Below are positions 9,835 to 18,814 of a stretch of 38,768 nucleotides of DNA, piece after piece. Position 1 is the stretch's first letter. Each line of letters begins with the position of its first letter. Under the pieces are notes generated by a model. That model searched no databases. It was not told where the DNA came from and worked only from the letters and a program-made list of their open reading frames with translations. Origin of the DNA: Lautropia sp. SCN 70-15 (GTDB taxonomy: Bacteria > Pseudomonadota > Gammaproteobacteria > Burkholderiales > Burkholderiaceae_E); contig MEEC01000010.1 in NCBI GenBank assembly GCA_001724315.1, positions 1 through 38,768 on the forward strand, read 5' to 3'. Position numbers and translations under genes: made by a program.

Positions 9835-11265
9835 TCAGGCCTGCGATTCGGTCGACTTCAGCAGGGTCTGGATGCTCGCGAGCGAGCTCGTCATCTGTGA
9901 CAGGCTCGCGTCCAGGGCCGTGTATTGTCTGAGCAGGCGGCGCTCGACGTCGCCCAGACGCGATTCGAGGCGGCCCTGCTGGTCAAGAATCGCCTTCTCG
10001 CGCGCGCGCAACGATTCGTTGGCCGTCGCGATTGCGCCGTCGGCGCCCAGGGTCTGGCCCAGTATTTCGACGACCCGGAGGGCGATGCCCGGCCCGCCGG
10101 GATCGCCGGCCGCTGACGCGAACAGCGCCCGGAGCCCCTTCGGGTTGGCCAGTGTGGCCTCGATCCGGGATTCGTCCATCGCCAGCGAGCCGTCTCGCTG
10201 CAGGCGGATGCCGGCCGCGTTGAGGCTGTCGAGCGTGCCGCTGCCCACGGTCTCGCGCAGGATCTCGCGCAGCTTCTGCTGGATGCGGTTGACGATCTGG
10301 TTTCCCTGCAGGGGGCCTGCAGTGCGGCTCGCCTCGTCGTAGCGTGTCTGCTCGGAGATCAGCCGGCTCAGGTCGTTATAGGCCTTCACGAAGTTGTCGA
10401 TGCGCTCTCGAAGCGCTTCACGGTCGGTGGCAAGGCTCACGTCGACCGGCCCTGTCGTGGGCGCGCGCAGCTCCAGCGTCAGGTTTTCGATCGTCTCGGC
10501 CAGAAGGTTCTGCTCGGCCGAGATCGGCAGGCCGTTGACGGAAAGGCTGGCGGCGCGGGCGGACTCGGCGAGTGCCAGGTTGCGGCCCCCGCCCTCCGGT
10601 GCGGCCGGATCGAAGGCCAGTGCCGACAGGCCGGCCACATCGGTGGTGCCCCCGTCCAGGTCGTCGGCGAGGATCCGAAAGGCCTGCGTCTCGCCGGTCT
10701 GCGCGCTGCGGAGCATCAGCCGTTGGCCGCCGCCGTCGGCGACGAGGGTGGCCGTGATGCCCGCGGCGGCTGCGTTGATCGCCGTGCGCAGCTCGGCGAG
10801 CGTCGCGCCGGACGGGATGGTGATCGCGGTCTCGGGGCGGTCGGGGTCGGCGCTGAAGCCGGTGCCGGCTGCGTCGAGCGTGCCGAACTGGATGCGCAGC
10901 GTGCCGCCGCCGATGACCGAGTCGGCGCCGGCCCACGCCGTGCTGGCCAGCGTCTGCCGGCCCGCGAGCGCCGCGACCTCGATCGTGTGATTGCCGGCCA
11001 TCGCCCCGGCCGAGGCAGTGGCTCGCACGGTCGATTCGTCGCTGGTCGAGGCCTTGACGGCGTTCCAGGTGTCTGCCTGGCCAAGCGCCCGGGCTGCGTC
11101 CTGAAATGAGGCGAGTGCCGCCTGCAGGCGGCCATATGCCGAGAGTTGCGTCTCGAGGCCGGACAGCGAAGTCTCGAGGGCCTGCAGCGGCCGGCGCTCG
11201 ATCTGCATCAATTGCGAGACGATACCGCTTACGTCGATGCTTCCGGTGGCGCCGATCGGGGTCAT
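9835..11265 (-). CDS. fliD: Flagellar filament cap protein FliD
   Basis: IDVSGIVSQLMQIERRPL, QLSAYGRLQAAL, FVKAYNDL, GPLQG, RLLRQYTALD. Confidence 0.96.
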   Translation of the reverse strand: MTPIGATGSIDVSGIVSQLMQIERRPLQALETSLSGLETQLSAYGRLQAALASFQDAARALGQADTWNAVKASTSDESTVRATASAGAMAGNHTIEVAALAGRQTLASTAWAGADSVIGGGTLRIQFGTLDAAGTGFSADPDRPETAITIPSGATLAELRTAINAAAAGITATLVADGGGQRLMLRSAQTGETQAFRILADDLDGGTTDVAGLSALAFDPAAPEGGGRNLALAESARAASLSVNGLPISAEQNLLAETIENLTLELRAPTTGPVDVSLATDREALRERIDNFVKAYNDLSRLISEQTRYDEASRTAGPLQGNQIVNRIQQKLREILRETVGSGTLDSLNAAGIRLQRDGSLAMDESRIEATLANPKGLRALFASAAGDPGGPGIALRVVEILGQTLGADGAIATANESLRAREKAILDQQGRLESRLGDVERRLLRQYTALDASLSQMTSSLASIQTLLKSTESQA

Positions 11266-11349
11266 GGGGAGTCGTTCCGGTTTGCCGGTGTGTCGGATCG
11301 AGCGGAGTCTGCGCGTCTTGCCACGGCTTCGATCCGTCGATCAATGGCA

Positions 11350-11379
11350 AACGGCCGGCGCATTTCGGCGCCGGCCGTT
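11350..11379 (-). terminator. Hairpin downstream of fliC (terminator/attenuator-like)
   Basis: 12-bp perfect stem AACGGCCGGCGC/GCGCCGGCCGTT with a 6-nt loop, 22 bp after the fliC stop; only a very short U run follows. Confidence 0.6.
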
Positions 11380-11401
11380 CCATTCACGCCGGCGGGAGTC
11401 G

Positions 11402-12229
11402 TTAGCGGAGCAGGGCCAGCACGTTGTTGGGCAGCGCATTGGCCTGCGACAGCATCGCGGTGCCGGCCTGCTGCAGGACCTGGGCGCGGGTCAGCGCGGC
11501 GGTCTCGGCGGCGAAATCGGCGTCCATGATCCGGCTGCGCGCGGCGGCCTGGTTCTCGGCCGCGACCTGCAGGGTGCCGATGGCGGCCTCGAATCGGTTC
11601 TGCACGGCGCCCCAGTTGGCACGCTGCGAGTTCAGGGTGGTGAGCGCATTGTCGATGGCGGTCATCGCGGCGTTGGCGCTGGTCGCGTCGGCGCCGGTGA
11701 GGGCCGCGCCGGTGGCAGCGCTGATCGTCGCGTCGGCCGACAGGTCGGTGGACGTGACGCTGATCGTGTCGCCGACATTGGCGCCGACCTGGAACACCTG
11801 GGCGGTGGCAGTGGCGAGCACCGACACGTCATTGAACTTGGTCTTGCTGATCGTGTCGGAGATCTGGGTCGCGAGCTGCTGGTATTCGGCGTCCAGGTTC
11901 GCGCGGTCGTCCGAGCCATTCGTGCCGTTGGCCGCCTGCACGGCGAGCTCGCGCATGCGCTGCAACATGTCGCCGATCTTGCCGAGGGCGCCCTCGGCCG
12001 TCTGGGCCATCGAGATGCCGTCGTTCGCGTTTCGGATCGCCACGTTCATGCCGCGCACCTGCGCGTTCATCCGTTCGGCGATCGCCAGTCCGGCGGCGTC
12101 GTCCTTGGCGCTATTCACTCGGAGACCCGAGGACAGGCGCTGGACCGCCTGAGCGAGCATGCTCTGCGTGGTGCTGAGATTGCGCTGGGTGTTCAGCGAG
12201 ATGAGGTTCGTGTTGATCGTCTGTGCCAT
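11402..12229 (-). CDS. fliC: Flagellin (short, 275 aa)
   Basis: MAQTINTN, QRLSSGLRVNSAKDDAAGLAIA, LQRMRELAVQ, GAVQNRF, SRIMDADFA, VLALLR. Confidence 0.99.
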   Translation of the reverse strand: MAQTINTNLISLNTQRNLSTTQSMLAQAVQRLSSGLRVNSAKDDAAGLAIAERMNAQVRGMNVAIRNANDGISMAQTAEGALGKIGDMLQRMRELAVQAANGTNGSDDRANLDAEYQQLATQISDTISKTKFNDVSVLATATAQVFQVGANVGDTISVTSTDLSADATISAATGAALTGADATSANAAMTAIDNALTTLNSQRANWGAVQNRFEAAIGTLQVAAENQAAARSRIMDADFAAETAALTRAQVLQQAGTAMLSQANALPNNVLALLR

Positions 12230-12315
12230 TTCGAGGGCTCCTCAATGGGGCGGTGTTCGGTGGAACGATCCGGGCTCGTCGTGTCGGCCATGCCCGCAGC
12301 GTCCCGGCATCAGGG

Positions 12316-12342
12316 TTATCGGCTCGTCCGCGCTCGGCTTTA
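12316..12342 (-). promoter_or_regulatory. sigma28 (FliA) promoter of fliC
   Basis: Minus strand TAAA-GCCGAGCGCGGACGA(15)-GCCGATAA, a perfect consensus. Confidence 0.93.
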
Positions 12343-12420
12343 GCGAATTGCCTCGGCGCGGGCTTTCCTCGGCCGAATGGCGGCCTGCGACCCGATCAAC
12401 GGCGGCCTGGCGTGCCTGCG

Positions 12421-12435
12421 TAGGAAAAATTCCTA
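12421..12435. promoter_or_regulatory. Palindromic operator-like site upstream of flhD
   Basis: TAGGAA-AAA-TTCCTA, an AT-rich perfect inverted repeat in a GC-rich background, 106 bp upstream of the flhD ATG. Confidence 0.55.
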
Positions 12436-12541
12436 TGGGGCGGCGACATATTCGGGTCCGCGGCTTGGAGCGATTCGGATTCAAGATGCGGCCGTGCTGG
12501 TCGACACTGTGAACCGTTCCCCAACGAGCAACGGCGCATCC

Positions 12542-12883
12542 ATGCAACTCGACGACCGCCTGATGGCCGAGGTCCGCGACGCGAACCTCTCCTACCTGAT
12601 CCTGGCGCAGCGCCTGATACGCGCCGACCGCGTGCAGGCGCTCTACCGGCTTGGCGTCTCCGAAGAGGTTGCCGACATACTCGAGGGCCTGTCGCCCAGC
12701 CAGTTGATGAAGATCGCCGCCAGCAACATGCTGATGTGCCGCTTCCGGTTCGACGACGAGATGGTGTGGTCGCTGCTCACCGACCACGGGCGCGCTCAGG
12801 GCGAGGGCGCCGAAGGCAATGCCGCGCGCTTGCACGCGAGCATCCTGATGGCCGGCAATGTCAGCGAGGCGATCGACTCGTGA
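12542..12883 (+). CDS. flhD: Flagellar master regulator FlhD
   Basis: EVRDANLSYLILAQRLI, ALYRLG, MLMCRFRFDD, LHASILMA. Confidence 0.97.
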   Translation: MQLDDRLMAEVRDANLSYLILAQRLIRADRVQALYRLGVSEEVADILEGLSPSQLMKIAASNMLMCRFRFDDEMVWSLLTDHGRAQGEGAEGNAARLHASILMAGNVSEAIDS

Positions 12884-13410
12884 GTACGCGCAGCCTGCTC
12901 GAGGATGCCCGCCAGGTCCAGCGCGCAATCGAGATGATCCGCCTTGGGGCGCGGTTGCAGATGCTCCAGGCGGAGACCGCGCTGCCCTACGAGCGCCTGC
13001 TCCGTCTCTACAAGGAGGTTGCGGGGCGCTCGCCGTCCAAGGGGCAACTGCCATTCTCGACGGATTGGTTCGTCTGCTGGCAGCCGAATATCCATGCGTC
13101 CCTCTTCCATAACATCTACGGCTATCTCCTGAAGACGAGCCCGCTGGACGACGTCGACGCCATGATGAAGGCGTACGCGCTCTACCAGTCGGAGATCGCC
13201 GTGCGCGGCGTCGAGCCCTTGCTCTCGATCACCCGTGCCTGGCGGCTCGTTCGCTTCATCGATTCGGGCCTGCTGGCCACGACCCGCTGCACTCGCTGTG
13301 GGGGGCACTTCGTCAATCACCCCTACGAAATCGAGCGCGAGTTCGTTTGCGGCCTTTGCGAGCCGCCGGCGCGCGCCGGGAAGGGCAGGCGCGCGGGCAC
13401 CATACACTGA
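12880..13410 (+). CDS. flhC: Flagellar master regulator FlhC
   Basis: LGARLQML, RLYKEV, PSKGQLPFSTDWF, TRAWRLVRF and Zn ligands CTRC...CGLC; GTGA overlap with flhD. Confidence 0.97.
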   Translation: MSTRSLLEDARQVQRAIEMIRLGARLQMLQAETALPYERLLRLYKEVAGRSPSKGQLPFSTDWFVCWQPNIHASLFHNIYGYLLKTSPLDDVDAMMKAYALYQSEIAVRGVEPLLSITRAWRLVRFIDSGLLATTRCTRCGGHFVNHPYEIEREFVCGLCEPPARAGKGRRAGTIH

Positions 13411-13486
13411 GCGGCGCCGGCGGCTCCCTTCGGGACGCCGTTCGGCGGCTGGCGAGGGCAATCCGGCGCCAGCGGCGCTTCGGGCC

Positions 13487-13513
13487 TCAAGATTCCCGTC
13501 GCAAGTCCGAAAG
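13487..13513 (+). promoter_or_regulatory. Putative sigma28 promoter of motAB
   Basis: TCAA-N15-TCCGAAAG between flhC and motA. Confidence 0.55.
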
Positions 13514-13569
13514 CAGGAGTGATCCGCCGGCTTTTCGGACCGGCGGCGGTCTTCGGGGTCGCGCTGCGC

Positions 13570-14427
13570 ATGTTCGTCGTCATCGGTTATCTCGTCGTCA
13601 TCGGTTCGGTGCTGGGGGGTTACGCGCTCGCGGGCGGGCATCTGGCCGCCCTGTTCCAGCCACTCGAGCTGCTGATCATCGGGGGGGCCGCGCTCGGCGC
13701 GTTCGTCGTCTCCAATCCGGGCAAGACCCTGAAGGCGGTGCTTCGAGCCCTTCCTGCCTTGCTCAAGGGCTCGAAGTACACGAAGGCCCGCTACATGGAG
13801 CTGATGGCGCTTCTTTTCGACATTCTCACCAAGGCGCGCAAGGAAGGGCTGATGTCGATCGAGGCGGACGTCGAGCGCCCGCAGGAGAGCCCCCTCTTCC
13901 AGCGCTATCCGGCGGTGGCGGGCGATCACCACCTGATCGAATTCATGACCGACTACCTGCGGATGATGGTCTCGGGCAACCTCAATGCCTTCGAGATCGA
14001 GAATCTGATGGACAACGAGATCGACACTCACCATCACGAGGCAATGGTGCCGTCGCACGCCATCCAGAAGATGGCCGACGGGCTGCCGGCATTCGGCATC
14101 GTGGCCGCGGTCATGGGGGTCGTCCACACGATGGGCTCGGTCGGAAAGCCTCCGTCAGAGCTCGGCGCGATGATCGCGCACGCGCTGGTCGGCACCTTCC
14201 TGGGGATCCTGATGGCCTATGGCTTCGTGTCGCCGCTCGCCACGCTGCTCGAGCAGAAGGTGGACGAGGGCACGAAGGAGCTGCAGTGCGTCAAGGTGAC
14301 GCTGCTCGCCAGCATGCAGGGTTATCCACCGCCAATCGCGGTGGAATTCGGGCGCAAGGTCCTCTACTCGACCGAGCGGCCGAGCTTCAGCGAGCTCGAA
14401 GCGCATGTGAAGCAGAAGCGAGCCTGA
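13570..14427 (+). CDS. motA: Flagellar stator protein MotA
   Basis: QPLELLIIGGAALGAF, ARKEGLMSIE, LPAFGIVAAVMG, ALVGTFLGI, AVEFGRK; ATG 13570 chosen by family N-terminus. Confidence 0.98.
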   Translation: MFVVIGYLVVIGSVLGGYALAGGHLAALFQPLELLIIGGAALGAFVVSNPGKTLKAVLRALPALLKGSKYTKARYMELMALLFDILTKARKEGLMSIEADVERPQESPLFQRYPAVAGDHHLIEFMTDYLRMMVSGNLNAFEIENLMDNEIDTHHHEAMVPSHAIQKMADGLPAFGIVAAVMGVVHTMGSVGKPPSELGAMIAHALVGTFLGILMAYGFVSPLATLLEQKVDEGTKELQCVKVTLLASMQGYPPPIAVEFGRKVLYSTERPSFSELEAHVKQKRA

Positions 14428-14442
14428 CGGAGCGCCGCGTCG

Positions 14443-15441
14443 ATGACCTCCGAGGAGCGAAAGGCCCGGCCGATCGTCGTCAAGCGGATCAGGAAAGCGC
14501 GTCACGCCGGTCATCACGGCGGCGCGTGGAAGATAGCCTATGCCGACTTCGTGACGGCGATGATGGCCTTCTTCCTGCTCATGTGGCTGCTGGGATCCAC
14601 GACGAAGGGCGACCTGCAAGGCATCGCCGACTACTTCCGCACGCCGCTGAAGGTGGCGCTGTCTGGCGGCAACGGTTCCGGAGACAGTTCCTCGGTCATC
14701 CAGGGCGGCGGAAGCGAGCTCACGCGCACGATCGGCGCCGAGCGGCGCGGCGACAATGCGGACCCGCAGACGAAGGTGAACCTGCAGGCCCTGCGAGCGG
14801 AGTTGCGCCGTGCCGAGGGACAGCGACTGACAAAGCTGAAGTCGCAGATCGAGGCCGTCATCAACGCGAACCCGCTGCTGGCCGAGTTCCGGTCACAGAT
14901 CAGGCTCGACATGACGCCCGACGGCCTTCGGATCCAGATCGTGGACGAGCAGAGCCGGTCGATGTTCGACATCGGGAGTCCGGTGGTGAAGGTCTACATG
15001 CGGGAGCTTCTCCAGAAGGTCGGCTCGGTGCTGAATGGCGTGGAGAACAGGATCAGCCTGTCGGGACACACCGACGCGGCGCCCTATGGCAATGGAGAGC
15101 GCGGCTATTCCAACTGGGAACTTTCGGCCGATCGGGCGAACGCCTCGCGCCGCGAACTGGTCGCCGGCGGGATGGCTGAGTCCAAGGTCGTGCGGGTCGT
15201 CGGGCTCGGTCCGTCGGTGATGTTCGACCCGGCGAGCCCGCGCGACCCGATCAACAGGCGGATCACGATCGTGGTGCTGAACCAGGACGCCGAGGAGCGG
15301 ATACTCCATGGGACGGAGGTCGATCCGCCGGTGTCCGATGCCGCTGGCTTCGATGCCGCGCTGGCTGGCGCGCGTGGCGGTGCTCCCGGCGGTGCGCAGC
15401 GCGGACTGCAGGCCTTCATCGACTCCCCCGCCGATCAATGA
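14443..15441 (+). CDS. motB: Flagellar stator protein MotB
   Basis: HHGGAWKIAYADFVTAMMAFFLLMWL with the conserved Asp; OmpA-like GHTD, NWELSADRANA, NRRI. Confidence 0.98.
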   Translation: MTSEERKARPIVVKRIRKARHAGHHGGAWKIAYADFVTAMMAFFLLMWLLGSTTKGDLQGIADYFRTPLKVALSGGNGSGDSSSVIQGGGSELTRTIGAERRGDNADPQTKVNLQALRAELRRAEGQRLTKLKSQIEAVINANPLLAEFRSQIRLDMTPDGLRIQIVDEQSRSMFDIGSPVVKVYMRELLQKVGSVLNGVENRISLSGHTDAAPYGNGERGYSNWELSADRANASRRELVAGGMAESKVVRVVGLGPSVMFDPASPRDPINRRITIVVLNQDAEERILHGTEVDPPVSDAAGFDAALAGARGGAPGGAQRGLQAFIDSPADQ

Positions 15442-15468
15442 CTTCCGCCGTGGCCTCGCGGGCCGCCG

Positions 15469-15528
15469 GAATTGACGTGTTGCATCGCCCCTTATCGGGG
15501 CATCGGAGTCTCGCGCGCGCAAGATAAT
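15469..15528 (+). promoter_or_regulatory. Class II (FlhDC-dependent) promoter of flhB-flhA-flhF-flhG-fliA
   Basis: GAATTGAC-N12-CCCTTATC; CTTATCGGGGCAT-N19-GATAAT, the same architecture as the flgB site. Confidence 0.65.
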
Positions 15529-15566
15529 CGGCCCGATTCGTTAAAAGGGCCCGATTCCCAGACGCG

Positions 15567-16715
15567 ATGGCCGACAACGACGTCAGTCGCGAAGACCGAC
15601 AGCTGCCAGCATCCGAACGCAGACTCCAGCGCGCGCGCGAGGAGGGTCGCGTCGCGCGCTCGCGCGACTTCGGGCATTTCGCGGTGCTTGGAACAGCGCT
15701 GCTCGCGACCCTGCTCGGCGGCCCGGCAGTCGCGCGCGAGGCGATCGCAATGGTGCGTTCGGCCTTGCGGTTCGGGCCGGTGCCTGAGCTCTCTCCGCGT
15801 GGAATGGCCGACTTTTTCGTCGCGGTCGGCGGCGCCGCGACGCTCGCGGTGCTGCCGCTCGTGCTTGCCCTGTCGGTTGCGGCCGTGCTCGCGTCGGTGG
15901 TCCCTGGCGGACTTGTCCTCTCGGGCAAGCCGCTGTCGATCGAGGCTTCCAAGATCAACCCTGTCAACGGCCTGCGCCGCATCTTCTCGCTGCGCGGCGC
16001 CTTCGACCTCGGCAGGCTGATCGTCGTCGCGCTCGCGCTGGCGGGGATCGGCGGTTGGTTCGTCGCCGCGAGCCTTCCCGAGTTCGTGCAATTGGCGGTC
16101 CAGCCGCTGGCGCCGGCCGCCACTTCTGGCGCAATGCTGATGGCCGCGGGGCTGGCGGCGCTGGTTGGCGTGCTTGCCTTCGTTGCCGCAGCTGACCTGC
16201 CGTTTCAGTGGTTCCGGCATCGAGCCGAGCTGAAGATGAGCTATCGCGAGCTCAAGCAGGAGGCCAAGGAGTCCGACGGGGATCCGCTTCTCAGGGCGCG
16301 CCTGCGCGGGCGGCAGCGCGAGATCGCGGGCCGGCGGATGCTCGCGGCGGTGCCGACCGCCGACGTCGTCGTCACCAACCCGACCCACTTCGCAGTGGCG
16401 ATCCGCTACGACGAGGGTGCGATGGGGGCGCCGAGGGTGGTTGCGAAGGGAGCCGACCTGATGGCGGCCAGGATCCGCGAGCTCGCGCTCGGAGCCGGCG
16501 TTCCGCTGGTCGAGGCGCCGCCGCTCGCGCGGGCGCTCCACGCGCACGTCGCGATCGACGCCGAGATTCCGGCCGCGCTCTATTCGGCCGTGGCACAGGT
16601 GCTCGCCTACGTGTACCGCCTGAAGTCGTGGACGCCCGGGCAGGGCGAGCCTCCCGTGCCGCCTCCGGCGGTGGAAGTGCCGGGCGAGCTGTCGGCTTCG
16701 GGGGGGCGCCTATGA
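15567..16715 (+). CDS. flhB: Flagellar export switch protein FlhB
   Basis: RAREEGRVARS, KINPVNG, ELKQEAKESDGDP, NPTH autocleavage site, PPLARAL. Confidence 0.98.
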   Translation: MADNDVSREDRQLPASERRLQRAREEGRVARSRDFGHFAVLGTALLATLLGGPAVAREAIAMVRSALRFGPVPELSPRGMADFFVAVGGAATLAVLPLVLALSVAAVLASVVPGGLVLSGKPLSIEASKINPVNGLRRIFSLRGAFDLGRLIVVALALAGIGGWFVAASLPEFVQLAVQPLAPAATSGAMLMAAGLAALVGVLAFVAAADLPFQWFRHRAELKMSYRELKQEAKESDGDPLLRARLRGRQREIAGRRMLAAVPTADVVVTNPTHFAVAIRYDEGAMGAPRVVAKGADLMAARIRELALGAGVPLVEAPPLARALHAHVAIDAEIPAALYSAVAQVLAYVYRLKSWTPGQGEPPVPPPAVEVPGELSASGGRL

Positions 16716-18814
16716 GGCTGTCGTTCCTGCGCGCGGCCGGGGGGGCGAAGCTTCGGGCCGGCGGTGTCGGCCTGCAGCTGCCGCCATGGCAGTCGCTGGC
16801 GGCGCCGATCGTCATCGTGCTGATCCTGGCGATGATGATCCTGCCGTTGCCGCCGCTGCTGCTCGATCTGCTGTTCACCTTCAACATCGCGCTGTCGCTG
16901 CTGGTGCTGCTGGTGTCTGCCTACACGGTGCGCCCGCTCGACTTCGCCGTCTTTCCGTCGGTGCTCCTGGTCACGACCCTCCTGCGCCTCTCCCTGAACG
17001 TGGCGTCGACCAGGGCGGTGCTGATGCACGGTCACACGGGGCCCGACGCGGCAGGGAAGGTCATCGAGTCCTTCGCCGGCTTCCTGATCGGCGGCAACTT
17101 CGTGGTCGGGATCATCGTCTTCGCGATCCTGACGGTCATCAACTTCGTGGTGGTCACCAAGGGTGCGGGCCGGATTGCCGAGGTGTCGGCCCGATTCGCC
17201 CTGGATGCGCTGCCAGGCAAGCAGATGGCAATCGACGCCGATCTGAACGCCGGGCAGATCGATCACGTCGAGGCCCGGCGCCGCCGCTCGGACGTGTCCC
17301 GGGAGGCCGATTTCTTCGGCTCGATGGACGGCGCCTCAAAGTTTGTGCGCGGCGACGCCATTGCGGGAATCCTGATCGTCTTCATCAACATCGTCAGCGG
17401 TCTGCTGATCGGCACGCTGCAGCATTCGCTGTCGATCCAGGATGCGGCGAACAACTACATCCTGCTGGCGGTGGGCGACGCCCTGGTCGCGCAGGTTCCA
17501 GCTCTCGTGATATCGGTAGCGGCTGGCCTGATCGTTTCGCGGGTTGCCGACGACGACGATGTCGGCGGGCAGGTGGCCAAGCAGTTGCTGTCGCTGCCCC
17601 GGGCTCTGGGACTGACCGCGTTGGTGATCGCCCTCATGGGGGTGGTCCCGGGCATGCCGCACTTCTCCTTTCTGCTGCTGGCCGCGGCGATCGGCTACTT
17701 CGCGTGGTGGCTCACGGGCAGCAAGGCGCGGCAGGCCGCCGAGGCGCCGACCGAGGCATCGGTTCCGGCGCAGGAGATCGAGGCGAGCTGGGACGACGTC
17801 AGGCAGGTCGACATGCTGGGTCTCGAGGTCGGCTATCGCCTGATCCAGCTCGTCGACAAGGAGCAGGGCGGCGAGATGCTCGGCCGCATCAAGGGCGTAC
17901 GCAAGAAGTTCGCGCAAGAGGTGGGGTTTCTGCCGCCGGTCGTCCACATCCGCGACCAGTTGGACCTCAAGCCAACCGCATACCGGATCACGCTCAGCGG
18001 AGTGACCGTCGGCGAAGGCGAAGTGTTCCCGGGCATGATGCTCGCAATCGATCCGGGGCATGCCGCCCTGCCGGCCGGCACTCCGACCCGGGATCCCGCG
18101 TTCGGTTTGCCCGCGGCGTGGATCGAGGCGAGCCAGCGCGAGCCGGCGCAGGCGGCCGGCTGCACCGTGGTCGACCCGGCCACCGTGGTGGCCACCCACC
18201 TGCACCACCTGATGCAGACCCACGCCGCGCGCCTGCTCGGGCGCACCGAGGCGCAGCAGCTCATCGAGCACCTGGCGCGCTTCGCACCGAAACTCGTAGA
18301 AGAGGTCGTGCCGAAGCTGACTCCCCTGCCGGTGTTCCAGAAGGTTCTGCAGAATCTGCTCGAGGAGTCGATTCACGTGAGGGACCTTCGAGGGATCGTC
18401 GAAGTGCTCGGCGAGCATGGGGTGCGCACGCAGGATCCCACCGAGCTCACTCGCGAGGTCCGGATCGCGCTGGCGCCCGCGATCGTCCAGCAGCACTTCG
18501 GGCCCGCGAAGGAGCTCAGCGTCATAGCAATCGAGCCCGGACTGGAGAACCTGCTCGTGCAGGCGCTCGCGCAAGGCGCCGCGGGTTCGCTCGAGCCGGG
18601 CGTCGCCGAGTACCTCATGGCGGCCGGGAGCGAGGCAGCGCAGGCTCAGGAGAGCGCCGGCCATGGCGCCTGCCTGCTCGTGCCCGACCGCATTCGCATC
18701 CCGCTCGCGCGCCTGATGCGCAAGGCCGCGCCGCGGCTTCGCGTTCTGGGGCACTCCGAGATCCCTGACACCCACACGATCCGGATCGGCCGACTCATCG
18801 GAGAGACCAAGTGA
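16712..18814 (+). CDS. flhA: Flagellar export gate protein FlhA
   Basis: LRLSLNVAST, KGAGRIAEVSARFALDALPGKQMAIDADL, FFGSMDGASKFVRGDAIAG; ATGA overlap with flhB (the ORF track start at 16208 is too early). Confidence 0.98.
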   Translation: MRLSFLRAAGGAKLRAGGVGLQLPPWQSLAAPIVIVLILAMMILPLPPLLLDLLFTFNIALSLLVLLVSAYTVRPLDFAVFPSVLLVTTLLRLSLNVASTRAVLMHGHTGPDAAGKVIESFAGFLIGGNFVVGIIVFAILTVINFVVVTKGAGRIAEVSARFALDALPGKQMAIDADLNAGQIDHVEARRRRSDVSREADFFGSMDGASKFVRGDAIAGILIVFINIVSGLLIGTLQHSLSIQDAANNYILLAVGDALVAQVPALVISVAAGLIVSRVADDDDVGGQVAKQLLSLPRALGLTALVIALMGVVPGMPHFSFLLLAAAIGYFAWWLTGSKARQAAEAPTEASVPAQEIEASWDDVRQVDMLGLEVGYRLIQLVDKEQGGEMLGRIKGVRKKFAQEVGFLPPVVHIRDQLDLKPTAYRITLSGVTVGEGEVFPGMMLAIDPGHAALPAGTPTRDPAFGLPAAWIEASQREPAQAAGCTVVDPATVVATHLHHLMQTHAARLLGRTEAQQLIEHLARFAPKLVEEVVPKLTPLPVFQKVLQNLLEESIHVRDLRGIVEVLGEHGVRTQDPTELTREVRIALAPAIVQQHFGPAKELSVIAIEPGLENLLVQALAQGAAGSLEPGVAEYLMAAGSEAAQAQESAGHGACLLVPDRIRIPLARLMRKAAPRLRVLGHSEIPDTHTIRIGRLIGETK

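Noticed and set aside
13411-13486. Possible terminator or riboswitch between flhC and motA
   Set aside because: Only imperfect GC-rich stems, with no U-tract and no recognisable c-di-GMP riboswitch core.
16208-16711. Long N-terminal extensions of FlhA (likewise FlgE from 24318, FlgK from 30104, FliA from 20385, FliK from 2561, FlgC from 23335)
   Set aside because: They overlap the upstream real genes in another frame. Family-typical starts with RBS or stop/start overlaps lie downstream.
16786-18768. Long shadow ORFs (660 aa here; also 13347-15179, 17336-19012, 36824-38491, 2991-4496, 34605-36032)
   Set aside because: Off-frame or antisense to well-conserved genes, with biased composition and no recognisable domains; expected at this GC content.
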